Of a stretch of 64,000 bases of DNA, positions 1-11,981 are shown piece by piece. The notes under the pieces are model-generated. The model was not told the DNA's origin, made no database searches, and was given only the letters and a program-made list of their open reading frames with translations. Source of the stretch: an uncultured Actinomycetes bacterium (GTDB lineage Bacteria > Actinomycetota > Acidimicrobiia > Acidimicrobiales > JACCXE01); assembly GCA_963769985.1 (NCBI GenBank), contig CAVYNR010000012.1, positions 50,766 to 114,765 of the forward strand, given 5' to 3'. A program made the translations under genes and the position numbers. Each line of letters starts with the position of its first letter. Position 1 is the stretch's first letter.

Positions 1-144
1 AAACCCGCGCCGGTGACAGCGGGCATTGCGTCATCTCGTCAGCGAGAGTTGCGCCCGGTTTTGCCACGAGGAACACGCCGGTACATACCCGCTGTTCGCG
101 GCGTCAACCACAATCCTTTGAAAGGCTTCCTGAATGTCTTCCCG

Positions 145-3100
145 CTAGAGGTTGATGATGTCGGTGTGCACAAGGCGGCGGCCGGAGGGACGGTTCAAGA
201 ACTCGGTGCCCTTGAACAACACTTCGAACTCCTCGAACACGAGACGCTTCGCCCCACCCGAACGGGGCACGTTCACCTGGCCTTGCCACGTGACGTTGTT
301 GATGTCGTTGCTCGACGGCGTGAGCAACGTCGGATCGCCAACGGGGTTCCAGCCCAAGTTGGGGTCGACGATGCCGGCTGACTTCTGTTCGACGGTGACG
401 CGCGCCTCCGCCGGTCCGGCCCGTCCGACCACCGAGGCGTAACTGCGTCCGGTCAGGCTGACCGCATACTTCAGCGGCCCGCGCGGCAACGACGCGAGGG
501 GAACGACGGACGCGGTGCGCGTCGGCGACAGTTGGATGAAGTCGGCGAGCACAACGGGCGACAGATGCGCGTTTGGGACCGAGTTGTGCTGGTACCGAGC
601 CAAGGCTAAGCGGATGAACGGCGTGTAGGACTTGCCGTGGTTGACGATGATGTCGCAGAACCACAGATCACGCGTGGCGTCGAACCCGACGTTGTGCGCG
701 GCGACATCGACGAACACGCCCGGTCGTTCCACTAAGGCACGGACGCTGTCGTGCGACGCGTCGCGCCGCGAGAAGCTGCTGAGGACCGGTCGCACACCCG
801 GCTCGTGGAACGATTTGTAGACGGGATCGATTCCCCACATCGTGACGTGCGGCGCCACCAAAGGCACTGGGTCGATCTGGCCGGCGTCGGGTCGCCACAG
901 CACGACCGCGAGCTGCTCCCCGTCGCCCGACGACCACCACGGACGGTCCATGTAGACCCGGAGACCGTCGCCGTGACGGGTGCTGGTGAGTCCGCTCGGG
1001 GACTTGTCCCAGTCGAAGGTCGGCACGACGTACAAGACCTTCGGCGCCTGGGGTCGCGCCGAGTTCGACACGATCCGCACGACGGGCGTTCCCGACGAGT
1101 GGATCTCAGGCTGCACGAAGTCGACGTCGACAAGGGTGCCCGACGGGAATGCCGTTGCCGACGCGGGTGATAGTGCCTGCGGATTCGTTGACGACGAAGT
1201 CGCCCTCCGGACCGCGTCGATAGGTCTGACCGCCGGGACCGCTCTTGCGAACGACCACCGCCGACTCCTCGAGCTGCGGCGCCACCGACACCGGTCCCGA
1301 GGTCATCGGTAATCCCGCTCGGTGTTCGGTGAAGTACTCGGTGAACGACGAGGTTGCCGTTGCTTGATACGCCACGAGCCTGTACTTGGTGTCGCCGAAC
1401 TCGTGGCGGTTGTTCAAATCGAGCACACCAGGCTGACCGTTGCGGCTCTCGATCGGCAACGTGAACGCGTGCGACCTGAAGTTGCGCGGCGGGACCGGAT
1501 TGTTCTCGACCGTCAGCGGCACCGGTGCACCGGTGGTCGGATTGCGCGGTCGTGGCCCGGTGTCGATCGGCATTTGCCAGGCGCCGTCGACGTCAATGCT
1601 CACCGTGCTCTGGCGGTGGAACGTGAGCTCGCGCTGCAGCGTGGCGAACGTGTCACCCAGGACCTTGCTCACCGACAGCTGCGGGAACTCGGGGGACGCG
1701 AGCGGTGTGCGCACCGCATGCACGAACTTCACGTCGCGGTAAGGCGTGAACATCCAGTGGCGGCCCGCCTGGACGTGGCGACGCCGACCCTCCAACGACG
1801 GGTTGGCAGCGCCAAGCCGGTTCACCAACCACTGCCACTGCCCCATCACGTCGACGTCGTCATCGGTCATGCCGCCGCAGCTGATGCGCACGTCGAACAC
1901 GTCGGACTTGACCAGGCTCACGTTGAGGAACCGGTCGGCGACTTCGAAGAACTGCCACGAGGACGCCGTTGGTGCCTTCGTTGTCGCGATACGGAACGGG
2001 CGGTACCCGGGCCAGCGCGGCCCGTCGAAAAGCGGATCGGGCTCGAACGGGACCGAAGCGGTGGTGCCGTCGTCCAACGGCGTCGGAGCCGTCGCCGGCA
2101 AGCCACGCAACACCGCTTTGCGCGCCAACACGTCGGGCATGTAATTGAGCGCGAGCGGTGACGTCGGATAAATGAACGTGGTCGGCGCCCCGTCGACTAC
2201 CGGGCCGCCGGGTTCGGGCACCGCCGCCGGGTGGCCTTCGAGTGTGCCGGCGTCGAGCGCCGCGATCTGCGCGTGCGTCAACTTGGTGATAGAGCCGTAC
2301 GCACCGTCGTCGAACAAGCCGTGGTGTTCAGCGGTGAGCTCGCTCGTGCGCGGCGGCATCACGTGGCGATCGGACTCGTCGACCACTAGCGGACCCGGAT
2401 CGTCGGCCGCGTTCTCGCTGCGAATGACGACGATCTCGGGAGACTCGCCTTCGATGCGCACGGCGCGCAACAACAGTGTCGGCTGCGCCACCGGCTCGAA
2501 GCGGGTGAACATTTCGGGCGCGGTCACGAGCTCCTCGTCGCGGGCGCCGGCGCCTTGGTCGAACGGCACGCTGTTGCCGGCGAGGTCGACGACGCGGGCG
2601 CGGACGAGATAGATGTGACCGAAGCGCAGCCGCGGCAACGAACCCGGCTTCGCCTTGGGCCGGATCTCAAGACCGAACTCGGATTCGGACGTGTTGTCCG
2701 ACGTCTCCAACTGATCGGTCGGCGAAATCGTCTTGCCTGGACGCGAGGCGACGAGACTCCACCCGTCCCACCGCATGAGTGATTCCTGCAGGTACAGGTC
2801 GGTCGACGAATGGTCGGCGGCGCCCGTCGGTGCCGCGGTGAAGGTGCCCTCGTCGTCGAAGTCGACCGTGGTCTGCCCTGGGGCATTCAAGAACTTGTAC
2901 GTTCCGATGCGCGCCATCAGCGTGCGCCAACCGAGCGGGCTCGGTTCGTCGGGCAGACCGTCGTGAACGTCGAAGCGGTAGCCGCGCACGATGTCCTCGA
3001 GATAGATGTGCGGATGTGCAGGCTGGGGCACCCCGTTGCTGTCGACCGCCGACGCGTTGAGGTCAGATCCGCTCTCCATTGCGATGACAAAGTGGGGCGC

Positions 3101-4237
3101 GATGCCCAACTGGGCTACGGAAATTCCGCTGCTGCGCAACGACGGAAGCGCGTAGTTGGTCGGGCTGGCCAGCGAGAGTTTCTTGAGCGGGTTCAGATCC
3201 GGTCGGGCGCGCTGCAGGTTGTCCGCCAGCATCATCGCCTTGAGGCCGGCGCCGTCAGGTTCGACGACCACGACATCGAACCGGTCCTCGTCGGCCAGCC
3301 ACGCGTGGCCGCGCTCGAACACACTTGAAGCCGGATCCCTTGGTGACGTCTCGAACACCGGCGGCGCGAACTTGCAGTGCGTCTGCGGCGTCACGTCGCG
3401 ACGCGTGGCGGTCTCGGTGGGCGACGAGGCGGTCCAAGGTGCGAGCACCTCGACTGTCGCGTCGAGCGGGGTGCCGCCGGGGTCGATCGGCGTGTCCACG
3501 ACCAGGTCGACGACCAGCCCGAGAAGGCGCAACAGCGGTGGGTGCTGCAACACGAACGCCAGAACGTCATGGAAGTCGGGCACGGGCCTTGGGATCGTGC
3601 CAAGGAGCACCTTGCCGCGCGGCTTGAGGAACGTCTCGAGCTGGAGGAACTGCTTGCCGATCTCGTCGGGGGTTGCTGGCGCGGCAACCGAGTACGGCAC
3701 CGCCTTGTTGGCGGTGAGTTCGCCCTCGAGATCCTCGCTGAGCCGGGCGCGCCGTTCGATTCCGATCTCGGGCACGTCGCCGCGAGCCGAGAAGCCGGCG
3801 GGACCCAGCGCATCGTCACCGGCGATCTCCTCCCACGACGGATAGTTCTCGGCCGCGATGTCGGCGAACTTGGCGTACTGCTCCTGCAGGAACCCGACGA
3901 CGTGCTTGACGTTGTAGGAACGGATCTTGGCAGTGTTAAACGCCTTGAACACGTGGGACCGAACGGTTGTCGCGGGCGGGAAGAGCGCGGCCCACAACGC
4001 GGGGTCAGGAGTACTGGTCGCAGTGGCGGGAAGCGTCCACGCGAGCGTCGGAAAGTGCACGCTCCACGAGAACGACGCGAGGGTGTTGGGCCAGTTCGCA
4101 AAGTCGTCAAACGTGGCCAGCGTCGTGGGTCCACCACCGGTGGCAACCAGACGTGGAGCCACGTGCACCGAGAGCCGCACCTGACTGCCCTCACCGCCGT
4201 TCGGCAACGCCGTCCAGAAGATCGTCTGCGTCGCCAT
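145..4237 (-). CDS. Large uncharacterised protein (about 1360 aa), split by an apparent +1 indel near 1145; partner of the upstream Tat-signal protein
   Basis: ATG at 4237 (MATQTIFWTALPNG) lies 1 nt after the upstream stop. ORF 1106..4405 joins ORF 145..1116 if one C is removed from ATTCCCGTCG, giving ...GNGIPSGTLVDVDFVQPEIHSS. The sequence is ordered and Trp/aromatic-rich, with an Ig/FN3-like YLVRARVVDLAGN motif. Confidence 0.8.
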
Positions 4238-4238
4238 C

Positions 4239-7200
4239 TCAGATTCCGATCGCAAACGCGTCGGTGTACTCGTCCCACGCGGCGGCGTCGATCTGGTCGC
4301 CGAAGGTCGGATCGTCGGGACCGTTGCCGAAGCCGCGCCGACACGTGATTTCGACCGATCCGCTGAAGACGAACACGGATATCTCGACGGTGAGCGTGGC
4401 CTCACCCACTGCCTTCTCAGGCGACGTCTGGTACGAGAGGCCCATGTAGAACTCGAGCGAGAGAGTGATAAAGCCCATCACGTCGAGCTCGCCCGCAAGG
4501 CGCACGTAGCCGGTGAGGGTGCAGTTTTCGCCGCCGCCTTCGATCGCTTCGACCTTGAAGTAGATGCCGGCCATGAGCTCGACACTTCCGCTGGCAACGC
4601 CGAGGTCGACCGCGCACGACGCGCCGAACTCAAGGCCCGCTTCCATGAGTTCGACACCGTCAGCGCCGATCTCCACCGCGAAGAACCCGCCGCCACCAAA
4701 GATCGACACGGTGAGAATGAACTGGTTTTGGCGCTCGCAGAACGCGAAGCGCACGCGCACCGGCGATCCGTCGAACGGGATGACGATGCCGACGAACACC
4801 GCGATGTTGCGCAGGCTGAAAACGCCGACCGAGATGTTGGGTAGCTCGATGCCGATGCTCGCCGAAATGCGATCGCCCAGCACGTCGATTGTCGGCCCGC
4901 TGCCGCCGCCGAACGAGCAGAACTCCGACAGCGCTTCGACAAACTTGAGGACTCCCGCGAACCCGGTGTTCGTGATGTCGACGTCGACCTTGGATTTCTG
5001 ATCCGTACCCGAGGTGAACGCCAGGCGCGCCACCTCGATGATCAGGAACTTGCTCGCCTCGTTGTCGCCGATCAGGTTCAGCGTGAAATCGCGTAGCTCG
5101 CCCCGGATGACGAACGTGGAGGTCGGCGGAGTCGTGCGCCGCGTCGTGAGTACCGCTTCGAGGTCGAGGCGCTTCGCCCCTCCAGGAACGAAGATGCCGA
5201 GCGGATCGGAGTCGAGGTCCGGATGCCAGTCGAGCTTGGTCTCGATGCGGTCGGGTAGTTCGAGCTGCTTGAGCTTCATCGCTTCCGGTGGCGAGCCGCC
5301 GAGCAGGGCGACGGTCTTGATGATGGCGAACAGATCGATGCCGCCGAGGATCTTCGCTTCGGCTCCTCCGAAGAACTCGGCGGCGTCGAAGTTGCCGCCC
5401 TTTAGCGCGCCACCAGGACCCAGGTCGCCGCCGACCGGACCGAGCGTGCGCGACAGACCGGTGATCGCCAAGTTCGGCGTGAGCACGCCACCCGACCGCT
5501 CGGTCGGAAACTGCAGGTCGGTCGCGCCGCTGACTTTGAGGAACACGCCGCTGGCGTTGGCCGCGCCGAACGCGTTCTTGAGGTAATCAGCGTCGTAGCT
5601 CACGACGCTCGGCGTCAGCGGCCCGCCCGACGCCTGTTCGGCCGCAGCCATGCGCGTGGACGCGTCGGTCATCGTCGGGTAGAAGCGGGGTTGGCCCTCG
5701 GACACCAGGTCGCCGTCGCTCTCGACTTCTCCGTACTCGGGCAGCAACGCGCCTTCGTCTGCGCCGAACCGCATCGTCTCGACTTGGATCGTCGTGTCGC
5801 CGAGCGTGCCCGGCTGGGCGACCGCGACCTTCTGACCCTTCAGCGTTGTGAGTCGCACTGCGTCGTCGGCCAAGTTGTTGTACGTGCTAACGATCGGGCC
5901 GGTGTGCAGCATCGAATACGCGCGCGTCGACGAGACGAACACCGCTGGCGCATCGAATTCCACCGTCTGGTCGGCGAAGTCCTTGGCCACGAAATGAAAC
6001 GGATGCGGCTGACCGCCGACCCGCAGCAGGAAGACCTTCGTGATGTCCTGCGAGCCGAACGGCACCTTGGGCTCGAGGTTGGGGGTAACGACGTTGGTGA
6101 TCTTGAGCGAGCGGAAGGGGAAGGCGCGCGAGTCGTACCGTCGCCCCGGCGCGTCGTCGTAGGTCTTTCGTGGTTGAGTGACCACGACGAACAGCCGCTG
6201 GCGCAGGTAGGCCCCGCGTTGGCCGTTGCCGAATGGCCGCGCGAACTTGCGCTCGGTGATCTTGATGAGGACCGCCTTGTGGCCCCACGGGAACAAGTGC
6301 CCGCGGCGCACAACCCGTACGTAGTTATCCCGCGCCATGACGCCCTGGTGTCGCCACTGAATGAGGTCGGACGTGTACGCGAGTTGCGGATTGGTCGGCG
6401 GATCCCACACACCGTCGACGTCGATCCAGCCACCGAGGCTCGACAACATCAGCCGGTCGACATCGATCGCCTCCGGCACGTAATCGGGCAGCGTAAAGTC
6501 GGCGCTCAGCCGCACGATGTCGTAGCGGTCAAGCGAGGTCAGCGACGAGCGGAATGGCTGCGGCGGCTCGGTCTCGTTGGGCTCGTTGTTGTTCGCGAGT
6601 TGGTTGGCGAAACCCGGGTCACGCGCCCAAATCCCGCGCACGGTGCGGTTGGCGGTGTCGACCTCATCGACGAAGAACCCGGCGGGGCCGGTCCGGCGAC
6701 GGGCCAGACGCGTGTGCCACAGCTCGGTCCGCATTCCGCCGTGGTCGACGGGCGCCAACGCGTGCGCCCACGCCGCGCCAACATGCGGTGACAGCACCAG
6801 GTAGCGCGGCAGTTCGATCTGCGTCTCGACGTCGCCCGGCGCGACCAGCCGTGGCTTGGCGCGGCCGGGCACGAAGTTGGGCGCGGCCGCCGCGGGAACG
6901 ACGCGCAGGGCGAACTTGGCCCATGAGAGCAGCGCGCTGGTGGTGTAGGGCAACGGCAAGGCACTGTTGGGCACCTCGAAGGCCAGCCGCGTCGGCCCTG
7001 CGAGCAGCGCGTCGATCGGTGACGGGAGCGGATTCTCCGGCCCACCTGGCGGTGCCGGCGGCGGGCTCTCACCCTCGCTTGGCGGCGGTGGAATATCCTC
7101 GGGGTCGGTCGGTTGCGCCCCCTCGGTCTCGAAGAAGGCGCGCTCGGTGATGCTCTGCGGCGGGAACTCGACGGCGAAGTACGACGGTCGGCCAGCGATG

Positions 7201-7514
7201 ACCTTTACGAGCGATCCGTTCGCAACCCGAAGGTTGTAAAAGTGGAAGCGGAGCGCCAAGAAATCCTCACGTCGCCGCAGCCAGGCGCTGAAGTTGAGGG
7301 TCGGCACGAGACCGGAGACGAAGCCAAAGAGTCCACCGAGGACTTGCTGAAGCGAAAGTGCGTCGGCGGTTCCCGGTATCTGCGACGCCGCAACCCCCGC
7401 GACACCGGCGGCGGCAATGAACTGACGACGTGACACACCGTTGGAATCGGGTTCGGGATCGGGCTCTACGGGACCGTTACCGGCCTGCAACCCGTCCTGC
7501 GGATTCGGTGCCAT
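4239..7514 (-). CDS. Large uncharacterised protein (about 1090 aa) with a twin-arginine (Tat) signal and a beta-rich C-terminus
   Basis: Intact 1093-aa ORF. SRRQFIAAAGVAGVAA...ADA fits a Tat signal. G-rich SD-like run precedes ATG 7514 (alternative GTG at 7520). C-terminal region has alternating hydrophobic beta-strands and FGGGGFF. Confidence 0.85.
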   Translation of the reverse strand: MAPNPQDGLQAGNGPVEPDPEPDSNGVSRRQFIAAAGVAGVAASQIPGTADALSLQQVLGGLFGFVSGLVPTLNFSAWLRRREDFLALRFHFYNLRVANGSLVKVIAGRPSYFAVEFPPQSITERAFFETEGAQPTDPEDIPPPPSEGESPPPAPPGGPENPLPSPIDALLAGPTRLAFEVPNSALPLPYTTSALLSWAKFALRVVPAAAAPNFVPGRAKPRLVAPGDVETQIELPRYLVLSPHVGAAWAHALAPVDHGGMRTELWHTRLARRRTGPAGFFVDEVDTANRTVRGIWARDPGFANQLANNNEPNETEPPQPFRSSLTSLDRYDIVRLSADFTLPDYVPEAIDVDRLMLSSLGGWIDVDGVWDPPTNPQLAYTSDLIQWRHQGVMARDNYVRVVRRGHLFPWGHKAVLIKITERKFARPFGNGQRGAYLRQRLFVVVTQPRKTYDDAPGRRYDSRAFPFRSLKITNVVTPNLEPKVPFGSQDITKVFLLRVGGQPHPFHFVAKDFADQTVEFDAPAVFVSSTRAYSMLHTGPIVSTYNNLADDAVRLTTLKGQKVAVAQPGTLGDTTIQVETMRFGADEGALLPEYGEVESDGDLVSEGQPRFYPTMTDASTRMAAAEQASGGPLTPSVVSYDADYLKNAFGAANASGVFLKVSGATDLQFPTERSGGVLTPNLAITGLSRTLGPVGGDLGPGGALKGGNFDAAEFFGGAEAKILGGIDLFAIIKTVALLGGSPPEAMKLKQLELPDRIETKLDWHPDLDSDPLGIFVPGGAKRLDLEAVLTTRRTTPPTSTFVIRGELRDFTLNLIGDNEASKFLIIEVARLAFTSGTDQKSKVDVDITNTGFAGVLKFVEALSEFCSFGGGSGPTIDVLGDRISASIGIELPNISVGVFSLRNIAVFVGIVIPFDGSPVRVRFAFCERQNQFILTVSIFGGGGFFAVEIGADGVELMEAGLEFGASCAVDLGVASGSVELMAGIYFKVEAIEGGGENCTLTGYVRLAGELDVMGFITLSLEFYMGLSYQTSPEKAVGEATLTVEISVFVFSGSVEITCRRGFGNGPDDPTFGDQIDAAAWDEYTDAFAIGI

Positions 7515-7567
7515 CGGCACCCCCCGATCTAGGTGTCGTCAGCAGACAGCACCTTTGTCGGACGGTA

Positions 7568-7930
7568 TCAGCTACGGCGCGGTTTGTTCCAGGGTGCGGC
7601 GGCCTCGTTGAACGGCACGAGGTCGCGGCGATATTGCTGACGCATCCGATCCAGCTCTTGGCGCAGCTGCGCGTTCTCGGCTTCGAGCGCCATGATGCGA
7701 CGCACGCCTTCGAGGTTGTGGCCGTCGGCGGTGAGTTCTTGGATGCGACGCAGCAGCGCGATGTCCTGGTCGGAGTAGCGACGGCTACCACCACCCGTGC
7801 GCGCCGGGCCCACCAGGCCGCGCCGTTCGTAGATGCGCAGTGTCTGCGGGTGCACACCCGCAAGCTCCGCCGCCACCGAGATCACATAGACGGCCCGCGT
7901 GCCGCGGTCGTCGTCGGAATCACCAAACAT
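7568..7930 (-). CDS. hspR: Heat-shock transcriptional repressor HspR (MerR family)
   Basis: VYVISVAAELAGVHPQTLRIYERRGLVGPARTGGGSRRYS motif; last gene after dnaK-grpE-dnaJ. Confidence 0.95.
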   Translation of the reverse strand: MFGDSDDDRGTRAVYVISVAAELAGVHPQTLRIYERRGLVGPARTGGGSRRYSDQDIALLRRIQELTADGHNLEGVRRIMALEAENAQLRQELDRMRQQYRRDLVPFNEAAAPWNKPRRS

Positions 7931-7940
7931 GCACTACCTC

Positions 7941-9080
7941 CTACACACCGAGATGCGCGCGCAACTGCGCGCCCGCATCGGGTTCGGCGGCGGCCACCGA
8001 TTCGACAGCCGCGCGCATTTCGTCGGACAGATTGTGAGGCACGTCGACGTGCACGGTGACCAAGAGGTCGCCGTTGGCGCGGCTCTCGCCGGGCACGCCT
8101 CGCCCGCGCACGCGCAGCACCGCACCGGCCGCGGTGCCAGCCGGGATGCGCACGGTGACGGGATCGCTCAACGTCGGCACCTTCACCGTGGTACCCAAAG
8201 TTGCCTCCGGAAACGTCACGGGCACAGTTAGCGTGAGATTGCGGTCGGAACGGCCGAACAACGGGTGCGTGCCGACGCGCACCGTGACATAAAGATCGCC
8301 CGACGGACCGCCGTTGTGGCCGGCCGCGCCGCGGCCCTTCAACCGGATCCGCTGGCCGTCGACCACGCCCGCCGGGATGCGTACCTTCACCTTGCGGGGC
8401 TTGCGCTCCACTCCGCTACCGCGGCAGTTGCTGCACGGCGTCTCGATCTTCATCCCGTGACCGCCGCAGGTCTGACACGTCTGGCTGAAGCTGAACATGC
8501 CTTGGTTGTCGCTGACCACGCCGCGACCGCCGCACGTGGGACAGATCACCGGCGACGTGCCCGGCGCGGCGCCGCTGCCGCTACAGACCGAACACGGTGC
8601 GTCGCTCTCGATGTTGACCTGGGTGGTGATGCCCTGGACGGCGTCGACGAAACTCAGGTGCAGCTCCGCCGCGAGATCGGCACCGCGTTGGGGACCGACA
8701 CCGGCGCCTGGCCCGGCGCCACCGCCGGCGCGACCGCGGCCGCGGTTGAACAGGTTGCCGAGGAGGTCGCCGAGGTCGTCGACGCGGAAGTTGCCACCGA
8801 AGCCGCCACCACCTCCGCCACCGCCGAACACATTGCCGATCGGACCGAGCCGGCGAACCTCGTCGTACTCCTTGCGCTTGTCGGCGTCGCCGAGCACGTC
8901 GTACGCGGCTGACACTTCCTTGAACCGCGTCTCGGCGGCGTCGTCACCGGGCTTGGCGTCGGGATGGTTCTCTTTCGCGAGCTTGCGATAGGCGCGCGTG
9001 ATCTCTTTGTCGGTCGCGGTGTCGGAAACACCGAGGACTTTGTAGAAGTCCGTCCCGTACCACTCGCGCTGCGGGGCCAT
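7941..9080 (-). CDS. dnaJ: Molecular chaperone DnaJ
   Basis: J-domain with HPD, G/F-rich region and four CxxCxGxG zinc-finger repeats. Confidence 0.97.
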   Translation of the reverse strand: MAPQREWYGTDFYKVLGVSDTATDKEITRAYRKLAKENHPDAKPGDDAAETRFKEVSAAYDVLGDADKRKEYDEVRRLGPIGNVFGGGGGGGGFGGNFRVDDLGDLLGNLFNRGRGRAGGGAGPGAGVGPQRGADLAAELHLSFVDAVQGITTQVNIESDAPCSVCSGSGAAPGTSPVICPTCGGRGVVSDNQGMFSFSQTCQTCGGHGMKIETPCSNCRGSGVERKPRKVKVRIPAGVVDGQRIRLKGRGAAGHNGGPSGDLYVTVRVGTHPLFGRSDRNLTLTVPVTFPEATLGTTVKVPTLSDPVTVRIPAGTAAGAVLRVRGRGVPGESRANGDLLVTVHVDVPHNLSDEMRAAVESVAAAEPDAGAQLRAHLGV

Positions 9081-9093
9081 GGGCCTATCGGTC

Positions 9094-9667
9094 CTAGCTG
9101 CCCTTGACCTTCACCATGGCGGGGCGAAGGACGCGGCCGTTCCACTTCCAACCGGCGCGCAAGACCTCGATCACTTCAGGGAGCCCGTCGCCCTCTTCGT
9201 GGAGGACGGCGTCGTGGATTTCGGGGTCGAAGGCGGCGCCAAACGCATCAATGCGTTCGAGGCCTTCCTTGCCCAGGGCTTCGACGAGCGCAGTAGCAAT
9301 TTGCGCAACTGCGTCAGAAGGATCGTGCGCCAACGCCAGGTCAACCGTGTCGAGAACGTCGATCAACTTTGCGGCCAGCGATGCCGCACCGGTGTCGCGA
9401 GCCTCGGCCATTTCGCGCTGGACGCGCTTGCGATAGTTCTCGAAATCGGCCTGCGTACGGCGCAACGCGTCGAGGTACTCGTCGCGTTCGGTGGCGAGCG
9501 CGTCGAGCGGATCGATGTCGTCGGTGACTTCGCTGCCTGGTGCGATTGCAACGGCCTCTTCGGCGAGCATCGCCTCGAGTTCCGCGTCGAGATCGACGAC
9601 CGGTTCTTGGTCGCCGATCTCTTCGCCACGCTCGGGCTCGTCGAACGCGTCGAACGCGTCTTCCGGA

Positions 9668-9675
<8 letters not shown>
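9094..9675 (-). CDS. grpE: Nucleotide exchange factor GrpE
   Basis: [19 protein letters not shown] and [11 protein letters not shown] motifs; lies between dnaK and dnaJ. Confidence 0.96.
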
Positions 9676-11497
<1,822 letters not shown>

Positions 11498-11534
11498 GTG
11501 TGACTCCTTAGTAACTACAGGACTTGGGAGGACA

Positions 11535-11564
11535 ACTATACAAAGTTGATAGTGAGACTGTCAA
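11535..11564 (-). promoter_or_regulatory. Housekeeping-sigma promoter of the dnaK operon (TTGACA-N18-TATAGT)
   Basis: Minus-strand TTGACA at 11564-11559 and TATAGT at 11540-11535, about 40 nt upstream of the dnaK ATG. Confidence 0.75.
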
Positions 11565-11568
11565 CTTT
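11542..11568. promoter_or_regulatory. HAIR-like inverted repeat (putative HspR operator)
   Basis: AAAGTTGATAG-TGAGA-CTGTCAACTTT (11-bp arms, 1 mismatch). The core GTTGATA-N7-TGTCAAC has the spacing of HAIR CTTGAGT-N7-ACTCAAG and overlaps the -35 box. Confidence 0.7.
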
Positions 11569-11947
11569 TCTGATCGCCCAAATAGCGATGCGCCCACCCG
11601 ATGACGGCCTCGATCGACAAATAGCCGTCAACCGGCCCCTGACCTGCGGTTTCGAGGTGATCGAGGAGCTTGCGTTTGATCGCCGCGAGGTGGTTGTCGA
11701 GGGTCGAAGTAGTAACACCGAGGCGTTGCGCGAGGCGGCTGCGGGTATCGGGACGATGCGCAAGCTCCGCGAGTACCCGCGATTCTGCCCCCGTAAGCGA
11801 CGCCTTGAATGCCTCGCGCTCAAGTTTCTGCGGCGGGCGTTGGACTTCCACGGTGGCGCCCTCGGGCAGGTCGAACGCGACGGTCTGGCCGTCAGGAAAC
11901 GTCACGACCACGCGATCCACGAGGCGAGTGTGGCGCGAACGCGCCAT
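11561..11947 (-). CDS. Small HTH protein with a LuxR/GerE-like C-terminal DNA-binding domain
   Basis: LTGAESRVLAELA...RSRLAQRLGVTTSTLDNHLAAIKRKL matches the LuxR-type HTH pattern; divergent from the WXG100 cassette. Confidence 0.65.
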   Translation of the reverse strand: MARSRHTRLVDRVVVTFPDGQTVAFDLPEGATVEVQRPPQKLEREAFKASLTGAESRVLAELAHRPDTRSRLAQRLGVTTSTLDNHLAAIKRKLLDHLETAGQGPVDGYLSIEAVIGWAHRYLGDQKS

Positions 11948-11981
11948 GGATTGTTCGGGCGGCGGTTCCTAGGTTCGGGCC

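Noticed and set aside
20-70. c-di-GMP-I riboswitch (minus-strand GGCAAAACC...GACGCAA)
   Set aside because: The P2 stem with GNRA loop does not pair as required and the spacing does not fit the consensus.
1106-1150. Programmed frameshift or two separate genes in the giant protein
   Set aside because: One extra C in a short homopolymer restores a continuous motif, no slippery heptamer is present, and the assembly is indel-prone.
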